From Fimbriosthenelais zetlandica (Eukaryota), in NCBI GenBank assembly GCA_977030845.1, contig OZ365116.1:18662001-18726000 (forward strand): DNA of 64,000 nt. The letters are read 5' to 3'. The notes beneath the pieces were generated by a model that searched no databases, was not told the DNA's origin, and worked only from the letters and a program-made list of their open reading frames with translations. Shown here piece by piece: positions 51,101 to 62,504 of the stretch. The translations under genes were made by a program, and so were the position numbers. Every line of letters starts with the position of its first letter. Position 1 is the stretch's first letter.

Positions 51101-54100
51101 GGCAACAGCAGTGGTGCTTGTACAGGCAGTGCTCCCCACTATTGTTCCATTGGCCATCCTTGATAAAGAGGAGGACTTGTCAGAAGACAATCCTAACAGA
51201 ATTGATGTATTAAAGCATCACAACTACTGCATCTGTATAGACCGGCGAGCTGATGGAGATACTATCATGCTCTTATTCATGGAAAATCGAAGCGTTCTTC
51301 CTTCAGCGGACTAGTCCATACACCAACTTTACCCTCTAGATACCCGTGCCCGCAGAGTACAGAATAATTATCAGATTTCTGATCCTTATGAAGTTCAACG
51401 TTTGCCTTTCTGCCGGATTTGCCTTGCTTACATCAAAAGAGCAACGGTGGCATGCCAAAGCAGATTTCCTTTCACCCCCGTCCATCTCATGCATATGCTA
51501 GAACTGACAAAGGCAGGATGCAAGTGTTTGCTGTCTGAAGCTTCAACACTACACAAGCTCCAGGTCTAAACCCATTATCTTTGGATGCCTAGAAAGGCCC
51601 GCTAGTCTGTATTTATTTACTACTTCCTTGAAAATAGGGACACTAGGTCATGTGCCCTTAGATGTTTTATTGTCATGAAATGTAACGAGGAATGGGATTT
51701 GAGGCACAGAGTAATATATGACGGGAATGATTGAGTGACATCTTCCAAGTATTGTATTTGAACTTGTTATCTGCTACAGCACCCCATAATTTTTATGAAG
51801 TGCCTGAAGTACTCGTACTGCTTCTGTTATTTCACTGGTTGTATTTCCCATGGCATATCTTCTACAAGGACGACATAAATTATGAGAAGGAAGATTAAAT
51901 AATCCTGCTCCTTTTGAAATGCTCAACTTCCTGAAGACTAGTGCAGGTCTTTGCAGGAAATATTCAAAATCAAAGGCATCCTTATTTGTGAAGGAAGAAG
52001 ATCATTTTTGGGGCAAGGAACCTTTGCCTGACAATATTGTCAGAACTTTTCTGAACCCGTTGGTTTTATAGTTTTGTTAAATTTTGCTCACTGCACTGAG
52101 TGGTCCCCATCATAGAATCCACACTAAATTAAGCCGGTGCTGCTCGATGCTTCCCAGTTCTGCTGATTTCAATAAGTGTTCAGTGAACTGCACTTCAAGC
52201 GAACTCTATTCTGATTCATATTAAAAAGAGGATCTAGGTTCTATTACTAGATACAACTTCTATGTTTATATGGAGCTTTTCCGATTTGTCGGATTTTATT
52301 GATAACAGCAGTGAAAGGTGATTATCTACATCATTTATAATGGTTTTGTTCCCATAATCGCTTGTTGAAATCTCTGGGAATATACTGAATGGCAAAGCCA
52401 TAATATGACATTTTTTCTTCATTTTATTCTACATATATACATGGTGTAGAATGGTCGTTGTGAACTGGGACACTAATGAGATAGAAATGCATACTGCTTC
52501 GTCTACTACCATATTATAAAGCCATAATATCAGTATGTTTTGGATAGGAATGTGTGAACCTTTGGCTGATGAGAATGTGTCCAAAAAAGTGTCCCGTGGA
52601 AATTATAACTGGGAATCTGAATGCGGAGTGACTGACCTGGACTTCTACATTGGGCGGCACCTTGATGGTACACATACAGTCTGTACCAGAGAGGTACGGA
52701 CTGGCACCGTTAGGTACCAGACTGTGGATGTGAGCCCAAGGTAGTGGATCTCTCTGTCCTGAGCAAATGGATTTGGTCCATGCCACATCCTCGGGTAATG
52801 AAGCTGCAAAGAGAATACAGAATGATTGAAACTGGCCCGTTAGTGCTCTGAATATAATAATACTTGCTTTAGTGATGAATTAGGCAATGGTTATAGATCT
52901 ATTACTGCCTCGCCCAGTTATGGTATACATGTAGGCCATTGATAACCACCACAACACCAAACTATTCAGTTAGGTAACTTCATGTGGTGTGTTTTTGTTC
53001 AGCTGGAAGTACAAGTAATTTACTAAAGTAATTGCGACCAAAATAATGCCCGGTTCCAGATCCCATGGGGTCTGCTTTAGCGGTGTCAGGGACATTTGCC
53101 TATAGGAAATATTTCCCCAGGGGAATATTTGGCCGCAGGCTCCTCTGTCCTGAGAGCCTGCCGTACCTTATATTAACTATCCATATATCGTTTGGCCTGG
53201 TCAGCACCAAATGCCTGTGTATTGTATCCTGCACATGGTTCTAGACCAGAGGTTTAGATTTTGTGGTCAAAAATGAAGCCTGGAATATGCTCTGTAAATT
53301 TAAAAATAGTAACTTACGTGGTTCACATCTGTAAATGACATGTAAGATGTAACTTCCGGTGTGATTGGTACACCCAACCCCGTATGACAGTATTGGGAAG
53401 ACGTCCACCTCACATGATTTCTGATCGTTACATTTTCTGGCCACCGTGGAGTATGCCGTGCTCTCTGAGTAACATGACTCGTATACGTTGCGGGTCGCAC
53501 GTGAACACGCTCCGTTCAGTAACCTGCGCTTCCTGGCGCTGAGGATGCGTATAGAATGATCCCCCGTACATGAGATGGACAAACTGCCATCCTGTAGACA
53601 GTTGATCAAATCATAATCTGTAAAACAAAAAATCATGATGTAAAGAAATGAAATGTCGTGTCATGTTTCATGAGCTTGGCTATACCGATACAAAATGATA
53701 TTCATTCGTCTTTGGGCATTGTATTGCTGGCGGGAGAGGGATTTTGACTTAATAGCTTTTTCAACTGAAAATTGTGGAAACTGATTGATCAAAATGAAAA
53801 TATATCTGTCAGGAATTGACCACCTCGTCAAAATCTTGGAAATAATATTACCTAATACCTAATCATGTATTCTAATGGTCATACTTCTAATGTTCAATGT
53901 TACATTTAGGGGTATGAATGGATTATTAAAGGTCAAAGTCTTAGTCTAAACATACTGAAAGTGATTGAAAACTCATTGTTTATAGCAATGTCAGATATAG
54001 GAATAGGTCTGTCTGTGAGATTAGTTTGTCATCCGAAAATGATTTTGAGATGAAAAGATTTAGCCATGACCTAACGTGTTGTCTATTAGGCAGTGCTTTT

Positions 54101-55108
54101 ATGGAAAATCTGTGGACCTATTCTATTAGTTTCTATATTATGTGTCAACGAATGAGTCGTGAAGTAAGCAGTGATACAATGCCAGTTATTAGTGTTCTGG
54201 TAAAAACGTTTTTAAAACAAAATTTGGATGCAAGTTTAACGTTCAGAAGTTTTAATTCCACATTGCTTTATCCATGTTAATATTTTAGGGCAATTTTCTT
54301 ATCATTCTTTACAAATGACTTTTTTTTATTGGAAATAACTTCCATTATCCCTTTCAACGATTTTGTACTGCATTTGCACAACAAGAGAACGGGACCATTA
54401 AAAGCATTGCATTATTGTGGAATGCTTTTAGGCAGGGACATTTACAAAACTGTACACTCACAGGGTAGATGGGATATATTTTGGTTAGTTTGATACAGAC
54501 AAAGTATAAAATGAGCGCGTGGCCTTATCAAATCTCCACATCACAATGGCCAACTGTTTTTGCACGGCCATGCTTATCATATGTACCGACAGATCATTCA
54601 ACAGTCTTTAAATTGTTATTTTCACTATACATGAGATAATACTTAACATAATTCGGAATGGTCGCAAAAATGCAAAATAGTAAAAATTAGAATTCCTTTG
54701 AGGAATAAAATTAGTACTTCACGTGGCACAAAATGATAAAAACATAGAAAAGACAAGTAATGCCGATGGAAGTCTTATTTATGAACAAAATTTTGTCTGT
54801 ATTGACTCGAAAGTAGGCAATGGAAAGTTCAGTTTTTTCTTTGAAAAGAACAACGGATGAAAGAGAAGCCACGATGCAGAACTAAGCCACGCACAGACAA
54901 TCACAAACTGTGAACTCGGTATCTGTCAGAATTGCTATGAAAATGAAACACTACAGCTGTTTGATGAATATAGTCAAATGAAGAATAGAGATAATCATAT
55001 ATAAAATATAGAGATATAATATATTCATAATATACTGGATTCCAGAATTGCTTACATGGCTTGTCAGCTAATGGCAAAATAAATGGCAATAAAAGCATGA
55101 TGAACAGG
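14928..55108 (-). CDS. Spliced gene for a single-pass type I membrane protein: signal peptide - SUEL (Gal_Lectin/RBL)-type domain - CUB-like domain - mucin stalk - TM - Tyr-rich tail (534 aa with the 14928 tail or 558 aa with the 16724 tail, counted from ATG 55098)
   Basis: Exons 55056-55108, 53318-53617, 52637-52803, 47046-47253, 46329-46874, 42199-42277, then 16724-17057 or 14928-15189. All introns are GT-AG. Phases chain 1,1,0,1,1,2. Spliced CDS lengths of 1605 and 1677 nt are multiples of 3 with no internal stop, and the domain order is coherent. Confidence 0.88.
16724..17057 (-). CDS. Terminal exon, cytoplasmic tail B (R-QRRRERRANAAAAAAMSAKIPHHHH...PPQYHTLSF*)
   Basis: Acceptor ttgcttttactaattcacttgggatttcag|G with a TACTAAT branch-like motif. 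110 codons open in phase 2, basic start, 9 Tyr. AATAAA on the minus strand at 16200-16205 and 15885-15890. Confidence 0.78.
18283..18620 (+). mobile_element. Possible decayed L1-like ORF2 C-terminal fragment
   Basis: A frameshifted translation (MYRTRYRQTRLPKLLPHYSTDC) loosely resembles the region before the L1 C-terminal Cys motif. By eye only. Confidence 0.2.
25738..25915 (-). CDS. Candidate terminal exon, tail C (R-RKTIVSTHSGSF...PAPYRPS*)
   Basis: Acceptor tttgtattgttctatccttgctag|G, 58 codons open in phase 2, begins RRK. No motif or homology support. Confidence 0.4.
28994..29330 (-). mobile_element. Decayed non-LTR (L2/CR1-like) reverse transcriptase fragment
   Basis: Frameshifted pieces SQTGF...STE and LLMMTRESGLMS resemble the QSGF...STETAL...DLLMASDSGLIS region of L2/CR1 RTs. 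Confidence 0.35.
29914..29949 (-). CDS. Candidate 36-nt phase 2-2 cassette exon (R-KLYDYLIDKCR-)
   Basis: Acceptor cattaagtcctgcag|A, strong donor AG|gtaaga. Frame-preserving between the TM exon and any tail exon. Confidence 0.3.
32933..32967. repeat. Tandem duplication of acttttcagaactcc (20-bp period)
   Basis: Read directly. Confidence 0.7.
33000..34100 (-). mobile_element. Decayed L1-like ORF2 C-terminal region
   Basis: KTWEEKGIGTFRQLNSDFKAWSREAG resembles the W-x-x-KGI motif region of fish/amphibian-type L1 ORF2. Many stops and frameshifts; boundaries approximate. Confidence 0.4.
37634..37751 (-). CDS. Candidate terminal exon, tail D (R-RQVNESVIAMLMHIYDERASN...KAQH*)
   Basis: Acceptor gtggtttctttcactgctcag|A, 38 codons in phase 2. 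Contains HIYDE, similar to HIYEE of tail A. Confidence 0.38.
39014..39032 (+). promoter_or_regulatory. CTCF-consensus-like site TGGCCACTGGGGGGCGCTG
   Basis: Close to the CTCF core TGGCCACCAGGGGGCGCTA (3 mismatches in 19). Motif match only. Confidence 0.4.
40992..41016. repeat. 25-bp palindromic element gtgccacc-cacatgtga-ggtggcac; second degenerate copy at 59693-59718
   Basis: Perfect 8-bp arms around a CACATGTG core. With flanks, the two copies match at about 29 of 33 positions. Confidence 0.7.
42199..42277 (-). CDS. Transmembrane exon (EIIIAASAGGLLMIIVIVIITALACA-R, phase 1-2)
   Basis: About 24 hydrophobic residues. Acceptor tcttgttttttttcag, donor AG|gtatga. Ends in a split AG- codon. Confidence 0.88.
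44249..44700 (-). mobile_element. Possible decayed LINE RT fragment
   Basis: Stop-poor, purine-skewed segment with a degenerate ADD-like core (acagatgatcag). Weak. Confidence 0.2.
46329..46874 (-). CDS. Thr/Ser/Pro-rich mucin-like stalk exon (546 nt, phase 1-1)
   Basis: ORF 46294..46854 (TTTTSSTTEASSTITTTISSTTTTTEPTTTTTSP...). Acceptor attattttccag, donor G|gtaagt. Confidence 0.88.
46685..46770. repeat. Internal repeat of the mucin exon: identical 23-mer gtgggttctgttgtagtggttgt at 46685 and 46748 (63-bp period)
   Basis: Read directly. Encodes TTTTEP(T) units on the minus strand. Confidence 0.85.
47046..47253 (-). CDS. CUB-like domain, C-terminal exon (phase 0-1); not in the ORF track
   Basis: IQPRKFSLTKYGTWCGQKIILRDRLESREFCSLLHEPLILRCSPFERIIELTFENNDLSILTHFNISVW. 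Acceptor tagtttcttctatttacag, donor G|gtgagt. Open for 69 codons in exactly the phase required by both neighbours. Confidence 0.75.
52637..52803 (-). CDS. CUB-like domain, N-terminal exon (phase 1-0)
   Basis: SLPEDVAWTKSICSGQRDPLPWAHIHSLVPNGASPYLSGTDCMCTIKVPPNVEVQ. Acceptor ctgtattctctttgcag, donor CAG|gtcagt. The C...S-P-Y...C-x-C-T-I pattern resembles the first half of a CUB fold. Confidence 0.7.
53318..53617 (-). CDS. SUEL/rhamnose-binding-lectin-type domain exon (300 nt, phase 1-1)
   Basis: YDLINCLQDGSLSISCTGDHSIRILSARKRRLLNGACSRATRNVYESCYSESTAYSTVARKCNDQKSCEVDVFPILSYGVGCTNHTGSYILHVIYRCEP has 8 Cys with SUEL-like spacing (C-x9-C, I-x-I-x-x-A, C-N-x3-C, terminal Y-x-C). Acceptor ttttgttttacag, donor C|gtaagt. 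Domain call is by eye, not by HMM. Confidence 0.8.
55056..55108 (-). CDS. Signal-peptide exon (LFIMLLLPFILPLADKP)
   Basis: Acceptor ttttttattgatatcaccag, donor T|gtaagc. Hydrophobic run ends in PLA-DKP. In-frame ATG at 55098. Phase-1 exit matches the SUEL exon. Confidence 0.75.
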
Positions 55109-58100
55109 CTGGTGATATCAATAAAAAAACACACAACATTAACAGTGGTTATAACATAATGGTCATTATTTTAGGTTATCCATTTACTTGTTCATTTAGT
55201 AACAATGTGGTGTACCAATGATGTACCAAAATATTCCCCTTTGTACTTGTTTGTAATTTTTCACATATACCTTTTAAAATGCGAACTCAAATTGGGTTTA
55301 AACTGAGATTAAACATTAACTTAAGATAACCATTTGATTTATCATACTTCATGTTGAGTCTTTTTATGCACTCGGTCTTGGAGTATTGTCCCCTAAAATA
55401 TTTATTGAGGAAGAAGGGGGAGATCTGAATGTACAGGAGGTATTAACTTAGCCGGGGAGAAGAGGGGGAAGATATTCCAGTCATTGACGGAGCGAGTATA
55501 TGTATGTAGATAGCAGTGGATTAAGTGTCATTCGGGACAAGACCCCGAGATCACTCCTGATTAAGTTGGGATCGGACCAAATCTCATTCCCCTTGGCACC
55601 ACTTGAAGACAGTATGTCAACTCAATGACAGCCGTATGAGAGGTGGAGTCGCCATCCAATTGTAGGAATAAACTCTTACACTTCCCACCGGAAGAAAGAA
55701 AATATATTTTCCAGAAAAATTAAGATGAAAAATAAAACAAAAATGATTTAGAAATGCCTGACATATAGGTAATATAGACAGGACAACAATGGTGGTTGGG
55801 GGTATAGAGGTCGGGGTTGCTATAGCAACAAGGAGGGGATGTGAGGAAGTGGTCCAGTGTGGGTATGTTGGTAGGTAGGCGGGGTATCCATAGCTGGGAG
55901 GTCAGCAGGAAGGAGACATGGAGAAGGCGGAGGTGATGGGCGGTATTTTGTGTATATAGATGACACAGGACACGAGCAAAAAGAAGGTATGAAGGGTTGG
56001 ACACACCAAGCCAAAAGACAGGCTGTAATACTGACTCCAGTACCTCAGCCCCTACTAGGCCAAATGACAAAAGATATGATGCTTCCGATGAAGCTATTAC
56101 TACTTGCTAATAGTATAAATAGCTAATTTTAAGATCTTTGTCTCTAAATTTTCTGCAAGCACTTTGCAAATCGTTGCCTTTGTGTGGCTGGTGTGGGCAG
56201 CCCGGAAATTCAGCTACTGAGGGGAGCAGAGTTCGTGGGTGGGTAGACTCCGATGACAGTATTGGCAGATCAGACATCACAAGGCTGAGATATCCTAGAG
56301 GACAGACGGCGCAAGAAAAAATGTCTGGGTTGTATACATGGAGGCTCTGGCCATGCCATGTTGGCACCTGACACCCATGGTGACATGTGAGATGTAGCTG
56401 GATGGAATTATCATGCTGATATTTATCTCAACATACGCCTTGTAATCTTCTAATATTTAAAATAATAAATTTTGTTACTGTGAATTTATTGGCCATGGAT
56501 AATATAATATAGGTATTATTTATTTAATAGATTAATGTTTCTTTAGCGTGAAAATTAAGCCTATGTTTTTAGTTCTTCCTGTAATAGTGTTTCCCTTACT
56601 TTTTTACCCTACTACACTGCCTTAAGTCTATTTATTTTTCAAGGATGGTTACACATTGTCCTGATAGTTACACTGAAGGGAAGACAAACTAAACGGCCGG
56701 GAGGCCCGTGGCTGGCATGGGCAGGAGGTAGTATGGAAATTCAGGAATGGCCCGCGGCTCCTTTTCACGATATTAGGTCAGAACTACATTCCCTAAAGCC
56801 TTTTATTTGTGCAGCAATCTCGGCTGCTGACCTGAGGGCCTGGCAAGGTCAAAGAAAGTAGTCCGCGCGGAAGGCTTTGGGCGGAGTATCAGATCTCTAT
56901 AGGAAACATCCGACGCCCATGGGAGCCTCAGAGAAAAAATGTTAAGTCTCTAGGTAATGGGAGCAGTGTATTCAGAAAAAAGTTCATGTGATCTTCTATA
57001 TATCAGTTGGGCATTGTGGACAGACTGGGGTACAATAAAGAGAGGAAGACGAGGAAGCAAAGACCAAACTGGCTAGAGAGATGGGCCTGAGGCAGGCACG
57101 GGGAAAATGGATTACAGGATAGTCAATAAAATGATATTTATGGCTTAAAATGGGAGAAAAGCCTGCTATCTAAACTATGAAATGCCAATAGATAATGGAC
57201 AAGGTATAAGGACGAATGAAATAGATGTCATTTTGACGTCATTACCGGAAGGGCTGTCCATGGACGCTGTGAGTGGGAAATGGAATCAGTGAGAGAACAA
57301 ATGGCATGAGAATCAGCAAGTGGTTTTATAGAGATCACGTGGTGCATGAACGAGATTAAACGAGATATTGCCCAATCATGGGATGCTACATGAAGGAGGC
57401 CATTATATAGACACGGACATTTGCTTTCTCCATTCCTACGATAAGCGATCACGTGCTTATCATGTGACAGTGCTTAGTGCCTCGTTGATCCATTGGGAGA
57501 TCAGATGTAGCAGAGGATACCAAGGATTCCTTGTGAGAAGAGCCCCTCAACCCCCAAAATGCCCTAGATCATGTCCACATCCCCTCACAATCACTTCTAC
57601 TAGCTTACACAGATCCTTTTATAGGCAGATAGAACATTTATAGACTTACATATTCCTAGATTTGAGTTCTATCTGGAATTTATTGGTGGACCCGACTGTG
57701 CCAGAAGCGAGTTAACGTGCGAATAAAAAGGATTTATGGTCCTGGCCTAGATTGAGATAGGGATTTGAGAGTGACTTTGCCATTACTTAGTCGCCACTCA
57801 GTCCCAGTTCTGAGAAAGTCAAGTGTGATATTTCCTTTTGAGGACATATTCAGGACATAGCCTAAGCACTTTAACGCCCAACCTAGTTTCCTCCTCTTAT
57901 GAAGACACAATGTCTTAAGTGAATTTAAAAGGTCACTTTGTATACATAAGACAAATGTATATATACAGGTTTAAAAGTCATCTGCACAGTGAACAATACA
58001 GTCCATACACATAACAACCACGGTATCAAATAACATCGACAATAACGTACCAAAGACAATAACTACACTGGGCACATAAATGGATAGGATATGATTAAGT

Positions 58101-59314
58101 TCTTACCGTTTGGACTTGTTTCTTTAAAAAATTAAACTTTTTGATTTGTTTAACATTTTCAAATCTATATTGTGTTATGTGTATTTTATGCTGTGTTTTC
58201 ATGATATTTTATGTCCAGCCTAACCTCTGTCCCTTACCAATGACTGTCCCACTGACTAACAGATGCCCTCTATTCAGAACTTACCAATACACCAATCCTC
58301 AATCCCCCCAACCCCACCTCCTACCATCCCCATAAGGGAAGAATAGCTGGAGTGAGAGCGCCATGATGGATCCATGTGAGGGCGGGGATCACTGTACCCG
58401 GGGGGGAGGTAGGGGATCATGGTCAGATGAGGTCCTCACTGATTAAACCCTCACAAATCACTCACACTCCTCTGTCACAGAGGTGGTGCAGGAATCACTC
58501 AGCAGTGAGCTACAACAATAATAAGATTACAAGGCATCACATAGGCTCAGCTCACTCTCCTATATCACCGCCTGTCACTAGGTCTCTACATGCCTCTAGC
58601 TGCTCTCTACCTCCACCAGCCTGCAAAAATCCCCATTCCTTCACTGTGTAGACCGGACCGATTAATGACAGCTCTCACTGTGAGGAATTTTGATAAATTG
58701 TACACAATTATATCTATTAAGAATGTCATTTGACAGATTTGAGCTGTCTGATAATGTCATGTCCCTTACAGCTTACTATAAAATGATATCCATATATGTC
58801 TAGCTACAAGGAATCATTAAATCAATCATCCATTTCAAAAACGAGGGGTACAACACTTATCACAGGCTGATAATAGAAAATGACTATGAAAACAAAAGAC
58901 AATGTTCTGAATAACAAATAGATATATGGTCTAGAATTTGTGATTGGGAAGGTGATTTCTATTAAAAATAGGGCTATTGATTTCAAAAGGGTTGAAAATA
59001 ATAAGAAGTGCTAGTATGTCAACATGGAACATATTTGAAACAGGTGTTTGGCGTAGGGTATATACAATATGATACCGGGGGATTTCTTTATATTTTTGTT
59101 ATATTTTTGTCATAGGAGTAAGCTCCAATGCAAAGGAATGAAAGCGAGAACAAGTCCATCATATTTTTTGATGCATTGGCAGCCAGATCGTCTGCTCCTC
59201 ATTCCGGTTACCCACTATGACAGGGAAGAATAAATAAATGAAAAGAAAGCATTCCTTAGGAGGGTGGGGATGTATTTACAAAGACATTAAAAACAGACAT
59301 ATAAATTCCCATAC

Positions 59315-59326
59315 CTGTGACGTTTC
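59315..59326 (-). CDS. Candidate 12-nt microexon (GAAACGTCACAG) upstream of the signal-peptide exon; could instead be 5' UTR
   Basis: Long polypyrimidine acceptor (ctttttctctctccacaactcag) and donor CAG|gtatgg. In phase 2 it adds K-R-H-S ahead of LFIMLLLPFILPLA. Confidence 0.45.
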
Positions 59327-61430
59327 CTGAGTTGTGGAGAGAGAAAAAGTGATAGATACAAAGAAAGGTATCAGCACAAGCCGTTAGTTTCACATCATAA
59401 ACAGGAGTTTGACATGTTAGAGTAAATATTAGTGGATAAATTAGAAGATATTATCATGCTATCAGCTGCGACAATTTCAGGTAAAAGCAAAAGGATAGAG
59501 ACTGAGAGTGTTGATGCTCTAGTACAAGTAGTTAGAATTACTTACACATACATTATACATGTAACACCATACGAATTCAATTCTTTTTTTAGTCAAGCCG
59601 ATGAAATATATTTGGATGGGGAATACAATGTACGGTGGCCTTGATGAAGTTGTTCAAAGTCATTCACATTTATTAGCTCTGCTTTCTGAGCTGTGCCACC
59701 CACAATGTGAGGTAGCATGCAATTCTTTCCAATGATTCATCTACTACTTCTGCTCACTTATTATGGCAGAAACCTGATTCATGTGTGTTTCCTCAGATCT
59801 TTATTGGGGGAATTTGTTTGCATTTAGAACCCTACTTCAGTCCCCAAATAGATCCAAGACTTTAGTGTCCCATACTGGGTGTCCATAGAGAAGCTTTATA
59901 TATTAGGGATCCAGATCAGGTAGCTTGGTTAGAGTATGGATGTGGAGGGGGCATGGGCTGGGTGCACTGTGCTTATAACCCTGGCCACACTGCTTAGATA
60001 GGCAGGTAGTAAAAAACTATTCCTGGTACGCAGGCACCTGTCAAGTTGAGCTTGACATGTTTAAGCCTGTTTCCTTGGTGATAGGTGCTTCAGGTAAGCC
60101 AGGCCTGCCTCTGCCTCTCTCTCTACATCAGTTGAGTGTCACCCAACCCATGTCTTCTCGCCCACCGCACAAATACCCTTATAGTCTATCATCTTAACAC
60201 ATCCCTTATCACCCGCGGTGCACCGAGTAATATACTGATACCCATTAACGACACCCTTTGTCTTACCCAGCTCCACCTCCCACCAACTATAGCTTTTCAA
60301 GGGCCCTTTGTGTGCCACCATTTCCTCATTTTTAACACTGCCATTTCAAATATTTCCTCCAAGCACCCATTTCTTTACCAGCCTTTTTTAACCAGTGACG
60401 AATGAATTTGCCTTTAAGCATGCTATACTGTCGTATTTCCTCCACATCAGGGTGTCACTAATACCATAGGGAATAAAATATTCCACGTGAAGCGATAAAT
60501 GTAATAATAAGTGGATAAATCTCAGCCATCTATAGGGGGTTCCTACATAGCCCTGTGCTAACACCAAAGATAATTGGTTTTTCCCACGGTCCCAAGCTCA
60601 TGTGGGTTGTTTTCCCCGAAGTGTGTCACCAATTGTATGCCTGCTGAATGTGATAAATTGGCCGGCTGTAATGCTTATATAGGTGTACCCTTACCTTTGG
60701 GATATATTTATTCTGTTTAGGGACATCAACTTCTTCAAATAACAATACACTTAGTTATATAGTGTAGGTGCATCATATTACTATGGTGAACCTTGCCAGG
60801 AGTGTCAATAACAATTTACATTGCCATACCAGACTAATTGAATATTTCATATAACTTCCCGGAAATCATTTCTTGTCTTGGCATAAACAAGAAACGCTTG
60901 CGTTCTTTTCATGCTCTACTTATGAGAAGATGAAGTTCCACCACCAAATATTAATTGTCAGAAAGTTTTTCTCTGAACCGGTTTTTTTTTTATCAGGGAA
61001 TGAAATGGATCAACGAGCATCTGGAATGACTTTTTTTAGACCAGAATTTTTTAAAAGTTGTCTCGTATTACATTCCCCCATCCTATTATTCTCCAAGGGA
61101 CAATTCTTCCACCCATGACCTTAAAGCTATGCTTGGATGAGCCACCACCAGCAGTCCATTCACAAGCTGTTAGGTAAACCGTCGTGGACTCGGGGGTGTA
61201 ATGTAATTGTTTGTCTCTCTATATGTCCCATCCCTCCCACTCTTTTCCACACTATGATTTGGACCTTGCCTTTTGCTCTGTTCAGCCTTCTATGTATACT
61301 ATAGTTGCCCTTCTGTAGTTGGCGAGGGTGGTGTACGGGGCCAAAGTCGTGATGTATTGAACACACACACGTGCACCTGGCCACCTGACATGTTTAATTC
61401 TGAGTCATTATACACAAACCTGTGGGTCAG

Positions 61431-61480
61431 ACACTCACACACTCACTCACACACTCACTGACTGACAACCATTCACACAT
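61431..61480. repeat. Degenerate (CA/CACT)n microsatellite
   Basis: acactcacacactcactcacacactcactgactgac. Confidence 0.7.
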
Positions 61481-62504
61481 ACATTGCCCTTACCTGGCAT
61501 TGATATTCATTCCACAGTGTGGATCCATACCTGTCCTGGGGGATCCAATTTAACAGGGAATAAAAGGAGAGGTCGGGAATGCCAACAGCTGCCAACCCTC
61601 CTCCTACACCGCCACCCATATTGTCTGTGGTCTGGCCTTGGCAGCTAGGGACCTCCACATATACCATATAGCTCAAAGCCCTAGATGTGCCTCGGACAGC
61701 CCTATTAAATGTTCAATTGTCTCTCCTGTAACATCTTCACATATATGTGTATCTAATTATATTATATCCGAGACACACAGGAATGAATATGACAGGTAAT
61801 TTGGGACTGAAGTCAGACTTTCTTTTGATGGTATGTCTGCTGTTAGGAAACACAGGTATGTTTTTGACAGGTAGAGGTATGATTTCGAGGCAGTTCTGTT
61901 TTCATAGGTCAATAGCCCCTCAATTGATTATTTGCACAGTCCCAAAAATGTTTCTTTTATTTCATAGGTACTTAAATTCCAATCTTTCTACAGTTACCTT
62001 GCGAATTCAGTTCATTGAAAAGCCCCAAACCGAATCCATTTATTTGTGTAAAGTATCAGGGTATGCCCCCAACATATATACCCTGTGTGCTCAGAAGATT
62101 GGTCTCAGCAAATAGATTGGCCTCTGAGCAGCATGTAAAATATAGGGTCCCCCTTGAGCAGAATAACCAAGCCCTTGTAAAATATTGATAAATGATATGA
62201 AGAGGATAACCTAAGGGTGTGGTTGAGGGAAGGGAGGGCCTTGTGTCCTCAACATATTGGCTTCCAGGGAGTCAGGGCCCTAATAGAGGTAAAGGGGAAG
62301 GTTTGTGGCTATGAATAGGGGGCCAAGCTTCATGTTGATCTATAGGTACTGTCGATGCAGTGCTTGCCATACCTACCGAAATTGCAGCTTGTGGTGGGGC
62401 CAATGGTGGCTAGAAGAATCACCAATACTGGGATTAGATAGAAGGGCACGGTGGTGGTGCTAGAGGTGAACCATGGAGGGGTGGTGCTTGATGACCTGCT
62501 CACC

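Noticed and set aside
51084-51314. Plus ORF with signal-peptide-like start (MKSLSLATAVVLVQA)
   Set aside because: Isolated 76-aa ORF with no domain, splice or promoter support.
53106-53130. Hairpin aaatatttccccaggggaatattt near the SUEL donor; also tgggacc-c-ggtccca near 19830
   Set aside because: Single short palindromes with no second copy or element context.
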